Shown in pieces: positions 63,979 through 64,000 of a stretch of 64,000 bases of DNA. The stretch spans positions 17,698 through 81,697 of IMG/VR virus record IMGVR_UViG_3300037067_026376, one strand, 5' to 3'. The notes beneath the pieces were generated by a model, which was not told the origin of the DNA, searched no databases, and saw nothing but the letters and a program-made list of their open reading frames with translations. The DNA is from a virus. Lineage: Duplodnaviria > Caudoviricetes. Each line of letters starts with the position of its first letter. Position 1 is the first letter of the stretch. The position numbers and the translations under genes were made by a program.

Positions 63979-64000
63979 TAAATATCCTAAAAATATAACG

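Overview
An AT-rich segment of a large tailed (myovirus-like) bacteriophage genome in the standard code, with two divergent arms meeting at an AT-rich repeat region (~37.1-37.9 kb). The leftward arm (1-37 kb, minus strand) starts with an early region of short genes. Nearly every one is preceded by the same two-hairpin+RBS module (about 17 copies). It continues with a sigma-like factor, SNF2 helicase, primase, two HNH-AP2 endonucleases, a PAPS-reductase-like gene, methyltransferases, a replication initiator with internal iterons, a DnaB-like helicase and a DnaE polymerase fused to a uracil-DNA-glycosylase-like domain. Next come a Ro60/TROVE (Rsr) gene flanked by four Y-RNA-like elements, an Sm-like gene coupled to a Ser-Gly repeat peptide, a cluster of structured ncRNAs around tRNA-fMet, and gp32-like SSB, UvsY-like, RecA and RuvC genes. 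The rightward arm (38-63.8 kb) holds a few accessory genes, tRNA-Ser(TGA), then terminase, portal, scaffold, capsid, neck, contractile tail, tape measure, baseplate and tail fibre genes. Three things stand out: (1) a Ro60 RNP locus whose four Y RNAs share one scaffold but carry different payloads; (2) the early cassette array plus a stem-closed leader RNA carrying antisense copies of the cassette RBS core; (3) several unassigned tRNA-like/T-loop RNAs. All assignments come from reading the sequence by eye; no database search or folding program was run.
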